Program-made: the position numbers and the translations under genes | Part shown: positions 30,700 through 40,285 of the stretch, one piece after another | How positions within the stretch are numbered: the stretch's first letter is position 1 | Layout: every line of letters begins with the position of its first letter | From: an uncultured virus (IMG/VR IMGVR_UViG_3300030099_003764) | Taxonomy: Duplodnaviria > Heunggongvirae > Uroviricota > Caudoviricetes | Virus record (IMG/VR): IMGVR_UViG_3300030099_003764 | Direction: 5' to 3' (one strand) | Length of the DNA stretch: 64,000 nucleotides | The notes under the pieces: model-generated | What the model saw: the letters and a program-made list of their open reading frames with translations, nothing else | Databases searched by the model: none | What the model was told of the DNA's origin: nothing

Positions 30700-31614
30700 T
30701 TAAATTAATTGACCTACCATCCAAGATAGTAATACCTTTGGTGTCATGGTAGTGGAACGCCATTCGCTTTCTCCTATTGTTCTTAGTAGTTTGAATTTTA
30801 ACAGATTATCTAATCCTTCTGAATTAATTACTGCATTGTGAAGTCCTAAACAAATCTCCTTTACATTACGACCTTCATAAATTAAATTATGAAGTTGGTT
30901 AAGAGATTCATTTGGTTTTTTATCAAGTATTAGCATTAGTATTTTATTATATTCTTGTAGTGACGATTCTATTTGTTTTGATAGTGAATACCCCGATGAT
31001 TTAGCGGCCTGTATTTCCGTAATCGCTCTACGCATATCACCGTCTAATGAATATATAAGCCGAGTCAAGTCCTCATCACTAAAAACTTCAACCTTTTCAT
31101 TTTGAAGTATTTCCTTGATTACATCTAAGATAACTTCATTTGAAAGTGGCTTGAAATGATAGTTAGCACAACGACTTTGCAGTGGATGAATAATCTTACT
31201 TTTGTCATTACAAGTAATGATAAATCGTATGTTGCTTGAGTATCTTTCCATAATTCTTTTCAGTGCGTTTTGTGCATCTTTCGTCATACCATCCATCTCA
31301 TCTAACAGACATATTCTAAATGGTACATTTCCTATTGTGCCGCTTTGTGCTACGGTTTTGATTGTAGTCCTTATCACTTCTAATCGTCTATCATCAGAAG
31401 CATTTACTTCTACAAAATTGTCCTTAGCACCTTCACCAAGAATACTTCTTGCTAACGCTAAACCTGCGCCTGTCTTACCTGTACCTGCATTACCATAAAG
31501 CAATACATTAGGCATATTTCTTTCTTCTACCCAAACTTCTGCATCCATTACAAAGGCTTCTTGCCCCTTAATATCTCGCAGTGTTTTAGGTCTATATTTT
31601 TCAGTCCATAACAT
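30700..31614 (-). CDS. rfcS: Replication factor C small subunit (clamp loader)
   Basis: 'WTEKYRPKTL', Walker A 'GNAGTGKT', 'EVNASDDR', 'LDEMD', 'LQSRC', 'GDMRRAI'. Confidence 0.95.
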   Translation of the reverse strand: MLWTEKYRPKTLRDIKGQEAFVMDAEVWVEERNMPNVLLYGNAGTGKTGAGLALARSILGEGAKDNFVEVNASDDRRLEVIRTTIKTVAQSGTIGNVPFRICLLDEMDGMTKDAQNALKRIMERYSSNIRFIITCNDKSKIIHPLQSRCANYHFKPLSNEVILDVIKEILQNEKVEVFSDEDLTRLIYSLDGDMRRAITEIQAAKSSGYSLSKQIESSLQEYNKILMLILDKKPNESLNQLHNLIYEGRNVKEICLGLHNAVINSEGLDNLLKFKLLRTIGESEWRSTTMTPKVLLSWMVGQLI

Positions 31615-31888
31615 TTTTATTTCTCCTTATTCTTCTATTTTCATTTGCACGAATCCTTCTATCTTCAGTATTCCATATAGTAATTACATCAAAAAAATGT
31701 TGATATAATCCAGCATCTATCAAAGATTGCATTACAATAAATCTTGGTTCAGATATATCATTCTCCCAAAACTTCATCATCATGAAGTTTTTTGGTCTTG
31801 TTGTAATAGTGCAGATATGCTTTGTTGTCACCAAATCAATATCAAATAACTCTATCAACATTCTTTGTGTATCAATCATAATAATCAC
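31601..31888 (-). CDS. Hypothetical protein
   Basis: 95-aa ORF between the RFC genes. Confidence 0.45.
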   Translation of the reverse strand: MIIMIDTQRMLIELFDIDLVTTKHICTITTRPKNFMMMKFWENDISEPRFIVMQSLIDAGLYQHFFDVITIWNTEDRRIRANENRRIRRNKNVMD

Positions 31889-32726
31889 TCAACCTGTTTA
31901 TTTTTACTTTAATCGGTTCTGTTTTCTTCCTACGCTTCTTTTCACCTAACATTAGAATCCTACAATCAGAATTATTGTATTTGGTTTTGGCGTATTTTAC
32001 AAACTCATCGTCTTGCTTTAATTGAAGGAAGATTCTTTTGTCTGCATTTCTAATACCTATTCTTCTAAGAAGGCTTGGTATTTTAGAATAAGAACCACGC
32101 TTCGGCATATTTACTCTACCACGAACATTACCACTATGACAAAACGCAAGCAATTCATAGAAGTAGTCTTGACTCCATCTTCGCTTAACAACACCGTCAA
32201 TAAATAGAATCTTATTCGGGTGAATGTTTTCAGCAATCCATGAAAGTATTTGTGTATCTGATGGTTTGTTATGTTTTAACAACTCACAAACCAACTCTCT
32301 ATCAGTTTCTTTTAGAAACATACTAACCAATGAATAGGTATCTTTGTCTAAGGAAAATGGCTCGGCACTATGCGGTGCCATTTCCCTAATAGACTCAAAG
32401 AGATAGTTATGAGAACCGGCTCTTTTAATCTGACACATATTCTTAATTTGCTTAGGAACATCTTTTTCATTCAAAGAAGTAAGAATGATGTCGCCCTTAT
32501 ATCTTCTAATAACATTCAAAATAGAATCTGTCTTTGCTTTGTAATGAGCATCTTCTATTATGATACCATCCTCTTTAGGATGAGAACCTAAGTCCTGTAT
32601 ATTCATTTCATCAGCATACACTACCAAAGCATTAGGTAATGTTTCCTTTGCTTTTGTTGTCTTTCCGGTTCCTGTTTTTCCTGTTATTAGTATTGGTCTT
32701 TTTTTATTCAAATTAGTCATTCCCAT
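31872..32726 (-). CDS. Divergent RFC large-subunit-like AAA+ protein
   Basis: Walker A 'GKTGTGKTT', 'IIIED', 'LSWIAEN' (RFC-L-like WIxEN); next to RFC-S. Confidence 0.6.
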   Translation of the reverse strand: MGMTNLNKKRPILITGKTGTGKTTKAKETLPNALVVYADEMNIQDLGSHPKEDGIIIEDAHYKAKTDSILNVIRRYKGDIILTSLNEKDVPKQIKNMCQIKRAGSHNYLFESIREMAPHSAEPFSLDKDTYSLVSMFLKETDRELVCELLKHNKPSDTQILSWIAENIHPNKILFIDGVVKRRWSQDYFYELLAFCHSGNVRGRVNMPKRGSYSKIPSLLRRIGIRNADKRIFLQLKQDDEFVKYAKTKYNNSDCRILMLGEKKRRKKTEPIKVKINRLSDYYD

Positions 32727-33130
32727 TATATCAATCCCTTGATTGCGAAAAGATTCTCTAACCCCTCCAAAGTTAGATGCTCTCCATTTGAAACTATACC
32801 TATGGCTTCTCTAAACTCCGGCCATAGATTGTTTCTATCCCAAATGCCTATATCAATTAGACCATTTAGTTTGTAAATATTTTTAATTCCACCAATTCTA
32901 AGAATTGGTTTTGGTCTTGCCTTTGATTCTTTTAAGGCAAGTGAAGAAGTTATTTCATGCTGAAGTAGGCTTCTTTTAATCGCTTTGAGAAAGTTTTCTC
33001 TTCCTCGGATAATAACTTTCAATCTAACTCTATATCCTATGTTAGAATTATCATCTCTAATAATTTGTATTTCGGGTCTTGCTGAAGCAAGAAGAATGCC
33101 TATGAGCATATCTTTACTATACATACTCAT
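32726..33130 (-). CDS. Degenerate LAGLIDADG homing-endonuclease-fold protein
   Basis: 'GYRVRLKVII' and 'GEHLTLEGLENL' are typical of single-motif LAGLIDADG proteins; the motif reads LIGILLASA with no acidic catalytic residue. Confidence 0.6.
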   Translation of the reverse strand: MSMYSKDMLIGILLASARPEIQIIRDDNSNIGYRVRLKVIIRGRENFLKAIKRSLLQHEITSSLALKESKARPKPILRIGGIKNIYKLNGLIDIGIWDRNNLWPEFREAIGIVSNGEHLTLEGLENLFAIKGLI

Positions 33131-33494
33131 CCCTCACTACTCCACCAACAAATCTGTGTTTTAATTTCAAATAGTCTAAACCTTCTGAAACCGTATCAAC
33201 AACCAAATCATGCAGGTTTGTATTATCTCCACGAAAAACAAGATTAACTTGTATTCCCCTAAATATACCTAAAGCATTCGCTAATTCTTCAGTGACTTTC
33301 TCTTCGATGAATAGCATGTTTGCATCTTCGCCTCTATGCAACAATCTTAGAGATAAACCCTGTTGAATCATAACTAAATCAGTATCTTCAAGAGGGCCAT
33401 ATACGATGAAAGAATACGATGTCACTTCTCCATAATCTCTAATCCATTCTTGAACATGAGAATCTTGAAGCACAGAATCACCTTTCCTTAACAT
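33117..33494 (-). CDS. Hypothetical protein
   Basis: 125-aa ORF in the operon. Confidence 0.55.
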   Translation of the reverse strand: MLRKGDSVLQDSHVQEWIRDYGEVTSYSFIVYGPLEDTDLVMIQQGLSLRLLHRGEDANMLFIEEKVTEELANALGIFRGIQVNLVFRGDNTNLHDLVVDTVSEGLDYLKLKHRFVGGVVRDEYV

Positions 33495-33924
33495 AGTCCT
33501 CTTGCATCGGCCACAAACCGTTAGGGTCTTGTTGTTGTCCTAACTGCCACCAATACAAATGTTGCGCTGAAATCTTCTTGTGATTGCGTTCTTTTGCATT
33601 CTCTTCAGCCCATGCGACCATATCAGAAATAGACGATTCTATCCATTCGTGCAACAGTGCTGAGAAGGTTCTGCTTATCGGCATATCAGTTGTTGCTCTA
33701 ACCAATTGATTAAGATGGATTCTTGAATAATTCTTCTTTATCTTTGGTTGTTCGGGAACATGGAAAACCCCTTCATCATCAAAATAAGGCACTAACGCTA
33801 ACTTGACTTTTTTAGGTCTACCCTGTTCATGTAATACATTTTTCAAATAAGCATATCCATCCTTAATATCAACACAAGTATATGTCTGATAATCCATCAC
33901 TGTTAATGCGCCTTTCTTAATCAA
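33478..33924 (-). CDS. Protein with C-terminal histone fold
   Basis: 'LNQLVRATTDMPISRTFSALLHEWIESSISDMVAWAEENAKERNHKKISAQHL' follows the a1-L1-a2-L2-a3 histone pattern. Confidence 0.6.
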   Translation of the reverse strand: MIKKGALTVMDYQTYTCVDIKDGYAYLKNVLHEQGRPKKVKLALVPYFDDEGVFHVPEQPKIKKNYSRIHLNQLVRATTDMPISRTFSALLHEWIESSISDMVAWAEENAKERNHKKISAQHLYWWQLGQQQDPNGLWPMQEDYVKER

Positions 33925-34370
33925 GATTCATCACCCGTAATATTCCAATCATCTAATAAACATTGTTTCAATAACTGAATAATTACACCTTTTTCAGCAC
34001 CATTCACTAATTGAAGAATAGCCATATTGACAACTAACTGATGCCGAGTAACCTTTTCGTATTGCTCCGTTATATCATCTAACTTCTTGAAATGATTCTG
34101 CACATTTTCATCAATAACCATACCTAACTCTTTGGTGATTTTCTTCATTATTTCAAGACGGCGCATTTCAGCATACTTTGGCATAGTCCTTGCCTCTATG
34201 TTGTAGAGTTGGTGATACAATGCTCTCATTTTAGAAATACTAATTCTACCTCTTTTTTTATACTCACCTATCAGTTTCGCAGTTTGCTTTTTATTCAAGT
34301 CTTTAATCTTGAAAACATTACCTTTTGAATCTTCAATATATCCTAATTCTGGTGTTCCGTGTTCTTTCAT
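33921..34370 (-). CDS. Hypothetical protein
   Basis: 149-aa ORF, coupled to neighbours. Confidence 0.55.
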   Translation of the reverse strand: MKEHGTPELGYIEDSKGNVFKIKDLNKKQTAKLIGEYKKRGRISISKMRALYHQLYNIEARTMPKYAEMRRLEIMKKITKELGMVIDENVQNHFKKLDDITEQYEKVTRHQLVVNMAILQLVNGAEKGVIIQLLKQCLLDDWNITGDES

Positions 34371-35908
34371 TATATCATCTCCATTACATCTTCTAATGTA
34401 TTTATGTCTGCTACAAACTTATCATCACGAATGCGAACAAGTCTTGGGAATCTTAATCCCCAATTCCCTTGTGCATCTTGTGTAATTAAATCAGCAGTTA
34501 CTTCTAAAACTACTCTTGGTAGGAAATAGAATACTCCATCTTTGTGACTATCAACCTGTCTTCTCAATTCATTAGTTAATCTAACTAATTGTGAATCACT
34601 AAAGCCACTGCCAATAGAACCTAAATTAACATAGCCTCTATCTTCAGTCCTTACTCCTATTCCATAAGAACCGAATACATTTGCTCTTTTGCCTTCGCCA
34701 TATTTAGCATTTAGAATGACTACATCTAAGTTTATTCTTGGCGGCTTATACTTAGCCCAACCAAGACTTCTTTTACCTGCTTCATAAGGTAAAGAAGCAT
34801 CCTTAACTATAATACCCTCAAAGCCATCATTGATTGCTCTATTGTAAAACGCTAAAGTATCTCCGCCTTCGGCCATTCTATGTGCTTGGTCTGGTAATGT
34901 CTTGATTGCTATTACTCTATCAGAATAAGGTAAATCCATAATAGTGTCTTTACCAAACTTTAGACAATCAAATATAACCCATTTGACCTTTACTTTCTCC
35001 CTTGCTTCTTCATGGTTTTTAGAGTGTACTCTTGTCGCCATTAGTTTATGTTCAGCAGGGGAACCATCTTCATTGATAGGATATATTTCTCCATCAAGAA
35101 TACAAGTGTGAACATCATATTTTCTAACCTGTTCAACAACATCTTGAAACTGTGGAGTAACTATATTCCCTTTGCGATTAAAGATGATTACACTATCTCC
35201 TTCTTTGTGAATCTGATACCTGTTACCATCGTATTTGTAATCTACAATTCTATTTGTAGGCCACTTATTCATAGGTACTTCTTTTGCTAACATAGGCGCA
35301 ACAAACGAACCATGTTCAAGATTCATTGGTGGTTCTGAATTAGTTTCATAATACATAGATACATTAGAAATAGAATTAAAGTTGCAATGTTTTTTTACAT
35401 CTGCTAACTTTTTGTCGTATGCTTTTGCTAGTATCTTTTTTACTACTCCTTCATTAATTCCGTTTCTAGGTGTTCTCAACCAATATCGAATAAACCACTT
35501 GCACTCTAAAGCACCCATATTGAGAAAGGCATGTCTAATAATATTAAATGAATTAGAGTCAATCCCACTGCAATCCATAGAAAGTAGCCCTAACACACCT
35601 TGCAATGTAATTTCCTCCTTATTCTCTGCGGAGGAATCTAAATAATACACTGCTTCTCCTAAATCGTCATGTGCTGAACAAGCCATGTCTAACTCATCAT
35701 CATGGATATTATAGATATGGCTAATCCATTTCTTAGCCTTCGCTAATCCAATATTATTTGACGGAAACTCTTGTGATAAGATAGCAAATAGGCTACGCTT
35801 ATCTTGAAAGTGTATCAGTTCCGTTGTAATTCTCGCTACTTGTTGTGTTGGTGTTAGTCCGTCTGTGGACTCCAATAATCTTGCTAAACTCTTCATTGTC
35901 ATTTTCAA
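34370..35908 (-). CDS. lig: ATP-dependent DNA ligase
   Basis: 'PMLA', 'KYDGNR', 'LDGE', 'EGIIVK', 'WAKYK', 'LRFPR..RIRDDK'. Confidence 0.95.
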   Translation of the reverse strand: MKMTMKSLARLLESTDGLTPTQQVARITTELIHFQDKRSLFAILSQEFPSNNIGLAKAKKWISHIYNIHDDELDMACSAHDDLGEAVYYLDSSAENKEEITLQGVLGLLSMDCSGIDSNSFNIIRHAFLNMGALECKWFIRYWLRTPRNGINEGVVKKILAKAYDKKLADVKKHCNFNSISNVSMYYETNSEPPMNLEHGSFVAPMLAKEVPMNKWPTNRIVDYKYDGNRYQIHKEGDSVIIFNRKGNIVTPQFQDVVEQVRKYDVHTCILDGEIYPINEDGSPAEHKLMATRVHSKNHEEAREKVKVKWVIFDCLKFGKDTIMDLPYSDRVIAIKTLPDQAHRMAEGGDTLAFYNRAINDGFEGIIVKDASLPYEAGKRSLGWAKYKPPRINLDVVILNAKYGEGKRANVFGSYGIGVRTEDRGYVNLGSIGSGFSDSQLVRLTNELRRQVDSHKDGVFYFLPRVVLEVTADLITQDAQGNWGLRFPRLVRIRDDKFVADINTLEDVMEMI

Positions 35909-36021
35909 TCATCTCCATATTCATATTACATTTAATTACTAATTCTTTAATTAGAAGACCCATTTTACCACCTTCTAATTTGACCGCATGTTTCCACAAG
36001 TGGTTTGCGAGTCTATTCCAT

Positions 36022-36390
36022 TCACTCTTCTTCATCAGGTACAGCCCCTTGCTCTATACTATTCATTAACCTAACAAAGTTAATCATCATAGTTTGAATT
36101 AAAGAGGCTTCTTCATTTTTATTCTGTTCCATCAAACGATGTAACATATGAATCATAGAAGCCTGTGTAATGGCTGGTGCCATTCTTGCTAAGTTATCAC
36201 TTTGGTACATTTCCCAATACATCACAAATGATGCTCTTGGTAGAAACATACCGTTTCTAACTACTACATAATTGCTCTCGAAATGGCCCAATGCAGCAGG
36301 GTTGTTCTTAATTTTCTTTTTCATGGCTTTTGCCCATTCAACAAATCTTTTATCATTTGTTACATCTAAAAATATCTTATTTAGGTTCAT
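36022..36390 (-). CDS. Hypothetical protein
   Basis: 122-aa ORF. Confidence 0.55.
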   Translation of the reverse strand: MNLNKIFLDVTNDKRFVEWAKAMKKKIKNNPAALGHFESNYVVVRNGMFLPRASFVMYWEMYQSDNLARMAPAITQASMIHMLHRLMEQNKNEEASLIQTMMINFVRLMNSIEQGAVPDEEE

Positions 36391-36659
36391 TCTTCTTCAT
36401 CTCCATTTGGTAATTCTAACATGGCCTTCAATATGATATTCTGAAACTTATTCCAACATATCTCAATATGTTCTTTTGTTACTCTTGAACCCCTACCATG
36501 CCTTGCAGGTACTTCCATGCTCAATTCAACAAAAGAAGCCCATAAGTCTATCAATTCAGATGTTCTCTTACGATGCCTTCCTAAAGCACCCATTTCATAC
36601 TGCCGCCATTCATTCGCTTTTCTTACGCTCTTTTTCATTTGTACTTCACTTATTCTCAT
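36387..36659 (-). CDS. Putative divergent histone-fold protein
   Basis: 'ARHGRGSRVTKEHIEICWNKF' parallels the archaeal histone L2-a3 pattern ARHAGRKTIKAEDIELA. Confidence 0.4.
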   Translation of the reverse strand: MRISEVQMKKSVRKANEWRQYEMGALGRHRKRTSELIDLWASFVELSMEVPARHGRGSRVTKEHIEICWNKFQNIILKAMLELPNGDEEE

Positions 36660-36850
36660 TCTAATTCCCTCTTTAGTATATTCATAAGGTTCCTCGCTTC
36701 TTCTATATTCAAACGAATACCTTTTGTTGGTTTGTCATTCTTATGCCATCTAATGTCAATGACTTCTATATTCCAATAGGTTCCTCTTTTAATTAGAACC
36801 TCATCAGTAGTATTTCTAACAATCCGTCCTTTAATTTCAAAATCACTCAC
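36656..36850 (-). CDS. PC4-like ssDNA-binding protein
   Basis: 'IDIRW...PTKGIRLNIEE' PC4/YdbC signature. Confidence 0.7.
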   Translation of the reverse strand: MSDFEIKGRIVRNTTDEVLIKRGTYWNIEVIDIRWHKNDKPTKGIRLNIEEARNLMNILKRELE

Positions 36851-37244
36851 TGAACCATCCCTCCTTAAACTTAGTCAATTCTTTTCTTGAAGTAAAGTAT
36901 CTTGGAGTATCTAATTCATCTAAACGATTCACCACCCAACAAGCACCACCTAAAGATGATACTTGCACTATTTCATATTGGCCTCCATTTATTTCGATTA
37001 CTTCAATAGTATTTACTTCAGGTACTAAACCGTATGTCTTAGTCACTTCATTAGCAACATCATGTATATTCTCTACAACATACTTGATGATATGCGCTCT
37101 TTGAATAGGTATCTTAGGTGCCACTTGAATAGATAATTTGCCCGTCATTTTACAGACATGGCACCTGTTTCCTTCACAAATAGGACATTTAACTTCTGCC
37201 GCATGTGGGGCAGGTAAAGTCACAGTTACGGCTCTTTTCTTCAT
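36843..37244 (-). CDS. Protein with DnaJ-type zinc finger
   Basis: 'CPICEG..CHVCKMTG'. Confidence 0.55.
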   Translation of the reverse strand: MKKRAVTVTLPAPHAAEVKCPICEGNRCHVCKMTGKLSIQVAPKIPIQRAHIIKYVVENIHDVANEVTKTYGLVPEVNTIEVIEINGGQYEIVQVSSLGGACWVVNRLDELDTPRYFTSRKELTKFKEGWFSE

Positions 37245-37359
37245 TACTTTTCTCTCCTTTGTACTGCTAAAGTCCCATCATCATTCTTAGTTAAAATAGT
37301 CATAGAACCATCTTCATAAACAATAGTCATTCTTACAATTGTCTTATCATCAAACATAT

Positions 37360-38880
37360 CTATTCCTCTCTCAAAACTGCTACTTCAGTAGTTAGGAAAA
37401 GTTTTGCTATTGACATAGCCGCAAGGAAACTGTTCCTTGTTACCTTTACAGGGTCTACAATACCCAATTCAAACATATCCCCTACTTCACCGGTCATTGC
37501 ATTAAGGGATTCATTCTCCTTTAGCCTATGAATGATGTCAGCATAATAGATACTACTATTATCACATAATACCTCAAGTGGTGCTTGAAGTGAATCATAA
37601 ACAATATGTTGTCCTTTCTTTGCTACATCTAAATAGTTTCTTGCATTAAGAAGTGCTTTACCGCCACCGATTACAATACCCTCATCAAGTGCCGCTTTAG
37701 TAGCATTAAGGGCATCGTCAAGTCTTTCTTTGGTTTCACGCATTTCCATTTGTGAAGATGCGCCAACTTGAATAGTAGCAATACCGCCATTCAATCTTGC
37801 AATACGCTTTTTGTATCGCATCTTGTCAAACTTGTCATCTGATGATTCGTACAACTCTTTCAAGGATAGCACTTTGTTTTGCTTAGAATCAGAACCAGCA
37901 TTACCGCCGCCAATGATAACTGTATTATCTTTGGAAATAATTACTTTATCAGCAGTGCCTAACTCATCTAATGTTGTCATTGATGGGTCGTCCTTGCTTT
38001 CCTCATTAAACATCTTTCCACCACAAACAGTTACGATGTCGTCTAACTCATCCAATTGAGCATCACCGAAGTTTGGTGCTTTTACCACCGCTACTTCAAT
38101 TGTCTTTTGAAGCACATTCATGATTACATTACTTAATGCAGTGCCTTCCATGCCACGACAAATGATTACTAACGGTTTCTTATTCTTAGCACACAACTCC
38201 AACAACGGCAGTATGTCTTGGAAATGCCTAATGTTTAGATTAGATGAAAAGATAACAGGATTATCAAATGTTACTTTACCATCATCCCCATTACACATCA
38301 TATGACTTAGATAACCTTCATCAAACTCTAAACCACTTCTTGTAACTATTTGTGTTTTATGAGTTTTAGATTCTTCAACCGTAATGATGCCGTCACGCCC
38401 TACTGCACTAATAGCCTCTTGAATTAGAGAACCTAACTCATTATCATTATTAGCCGCAATAGTAGCAACATTTAGAATATCATCATCAAGAATAGGAGTC
38501 GCATTATCTATTAGATAAGCGGCAATAATTTCTTGAGCCTCTTCTAATTCATTCTGAAGGACTCTGATATTGTAATTCTCCTGTTTTTGAATATTATCAA
38601 CAAGTGCTTGAGCAATAATACAAGCAGTTGTTGTACCATCACCGGAATTATCTTGTGCTTTGCTTGCTAAGTTTTGAACCATTTGTACTCCCATCTGAAC
38701 ATACGGGTCATTACTTGATACATACTTAGTGATAGTAACTCCGTCATTAATCACAACGGGAGGATTACCTTGTAGAATTACCGTCTTTGCCTGTGGCCCT
38801 AATGTGGGCTTAACTGTATTTGCTACCAAATCAATTCCTTCTTTCAGTTTTTCCTTTACTTCTTCTCCATTAATTATCAT
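37360..38880 (-). CDS. groEL: Group I chaperonin GroEL
   Basis: 'TLGP', 'NDGVTI', 'GDGTTTA', 'KAPNFGD', 'DALNATKAA', 'GIVDPVKV'. Confidence 0.95.
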   Translation of the reverse strand: MIINGEEVKEKLKEGIDLVANTVKPTLGPQAKTVILQGNPPVVINDGVTITKYVSSNDPYVQMGVQMVQNLASKAQDNSGDGTTTACIIAQALVDNIQKQENYNIRVLQNELEEAQEIIAAYLIDNATPILDDDILNVATIAANNDNELGSLIQEAISAVGRDGIITVEESKTHKTQIVTRSGLEFDEGYLSHMMCNGDDGKVTFDNPVIFSSNLNIRHFQDILPLLELCAKNKKPLVIICRGMEGTALSNVIMNVLQKTIEVAVVKAPNFGDAQLDELDDIVTVCGGKMFNEESKDDPSMTTLDELGTADKVIISKDNTVIIGGGNAGSDSKQNKVLSLKELYESSDDKFDKMRYKKRIARLNGGIATIQVGASSQMEMRETKERLDDALNATKAALDEGIVIGGGKALLNARNYLDVAKKGQHIVYDSLQAPLEVLCDNSSIYYADIIHRLKENESLNAMTGEVGDMFELGIVDPVKVTRNSFLAAMSIAKLFLTTEVAVLREE

Positions 38881-39043
38881 CTTTATCTCTCCCTTTGTCT
38901 ATGGTTTCTGCTAAAACTAAAATTGCCGCTACACTATAACACCAATCTTTAATCTCAAAGACACCTCTTCTATCAGTGCCATCTAACTTTATGTATGTTT
39001 CTTTAATATCATCTAATACTTCTTTCCAACGATTTACTATCAT

Positions 39044-39259
39044 TCATACCACCGCCAAGATAAACTCATAGGGAATAAAGAGTAATTCATTTCTCTTAGT
39101 ATATTCCCTACTATCATTAAAGGCAACCACTTTACCATTCAGTGACTTGTCACATTGACAATCAACCACTCTACCTTCATTGGTTGCCTTAGTTAAGATA
39201 CCACTTTCGCTCTTTGTTTCTTCTATTTTTACAATAACATAATCTCCTACTGCTCTCAT
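39044..39259 (-). CDS. groES: Co-chaperonin GroES-like
   Basis: 'AVGDYVIVK...SESGIL...GRVV...ILAVV'; upstream of GroEL. Confidence 0.7.
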   Translation of the reverse strand: MRAVGDYVIVKIEETKSESGILTKATNEGRVVDCQCDKSLNGKVVAFNDSREYTKRNELLFIPYEFILAVV

Positions 39260-39522
39260 TTTTTCACCTCAAACTTATTCTGCCTTGCTATTTGACAACA
39301 TACTCTGATTTTGTCTGTTGAATGAAGAGTCCAAAACTCATCATTCTCCCAACCAAACTTATGTTCAATATAGCGGCACAACTGCTTACGATTCATCTTT
39401 TCAAAATCATCATCAATGTCTATTCCGAGGATAGGGCCGCCCTCGTTCTTTAGGAATGAATCAAGGATAACATAAACTCGACCCATACCATTGATTGTCT
39501 TTCTAAGTAACCATTGAATCAT
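39256..39522 (-). CDS. Hypothetical protein
   Basis: 88-aa ORF, coupled to neighbours. Confidence 0.55.
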   Translation of the reverse strand: MIQWLLRKTINGMGRVYVILDSFLKNEGGPILGIDIDDDFEKMNRKQLCRYIEHKFGWENDEFWTLHSTDKIRVCCQIARQNKFEVKK

Positions 39523-39797
39523 TCTTCTTCACCGTTGATATTAACCCATCCTTTATTCATATCTGAATCAATGAAAGTCCAAATGTGATTCTTGTGAAAC
39601 TCCATTAGGTCATTGTAGGAATTACCTTTCTTACCATTAATCACACCTCTAACTTTAGATTCATTCTTATCGTTAGGATGCCTTTGCGAATGAAGTTTCC
39701 TTCTCATGCGTAAAGGCATTCTTTCAGAAGTATTCAATGCTCTTTCTTGATATTTTCTCATAGTGCTTTGACCTGTTTTTATTCTTCTAATTCTCAT
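39519..39797 (-). CDS. Hypothetical basic protein
   Basis: 92-aa ORF, coupled to neighbours. Confidence 0.5.
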   Translation of the reverse strand: MRIRRIKTGQSTMRKYQERALNTSERMPLRMRRKLHSQRHPNDKNESKVRGVINGKKGNSYNDLMEFHKNHIWTFIDSDMNKGWVNINGEEE

Positions 39798-40285
39798 TCT
39801 TCTTCACTACTCCATCTTTGCGTTTGCCATAATCTGTATTCTTTGTAGATAGTTAGTTGTTTAGGGTTCTTATTATCCCATATACCGTGATGGCCCCTAC
39901 CACCCAATACTACTGCATTGTGCATTAGTGGTTCCCAAATAGAAACTGTCCCAATATCAGTACCACTAAAATAAGCGGCACCAAACGGATGAGTATGAAT
40001 CCAGCATACAATAGGTAATTTCATACCAACAGGGTCTACCTTGAAATCGACATAACCTGCGGTTCCCGATGAAATATGTAGATTGTCTTTAGCATCAATT
40101 ACTACTTGCACTTCAAGCCCATTTAGGACTTGAGTAGATGCAAACCAAATAGAATCCCAAAAACTCTTGCACGACCAATCACCAGCATATGCTTCAGTTA
40201 TAATTTCTTTAACCAAATTATCTTTTGCTGACCTTTCCCATATTTCCAATTCTTCTCTTGCTTCAGTCCAATCAAAATCACTCAC
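39794..40285 (-). CDS. JAB/MPN+ metalloprotease (deubiquitinase-like)
   Basis: 'LEVQVV' ... 'WIHTHPFGAAYFSGTD' = E...HxH-x7-S-x2-D JAMM motif. Confidence 0.8.
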   Translation of the reverse strand: MSDFDWTEAREELEIWERSAKDNLVKEIITEAYAGDWSCKSFWDSIWFASTQVLNGLEVQVVIDAKDNLHISSGTAGYVDFKVDPVGMKLPIVCWIHTHPFGAAYFSGTDIGTVSIWEPLMHNAVVLGGRGHHGIWDNKNPKQLTIYKEYRLWQTQRWSSEEE

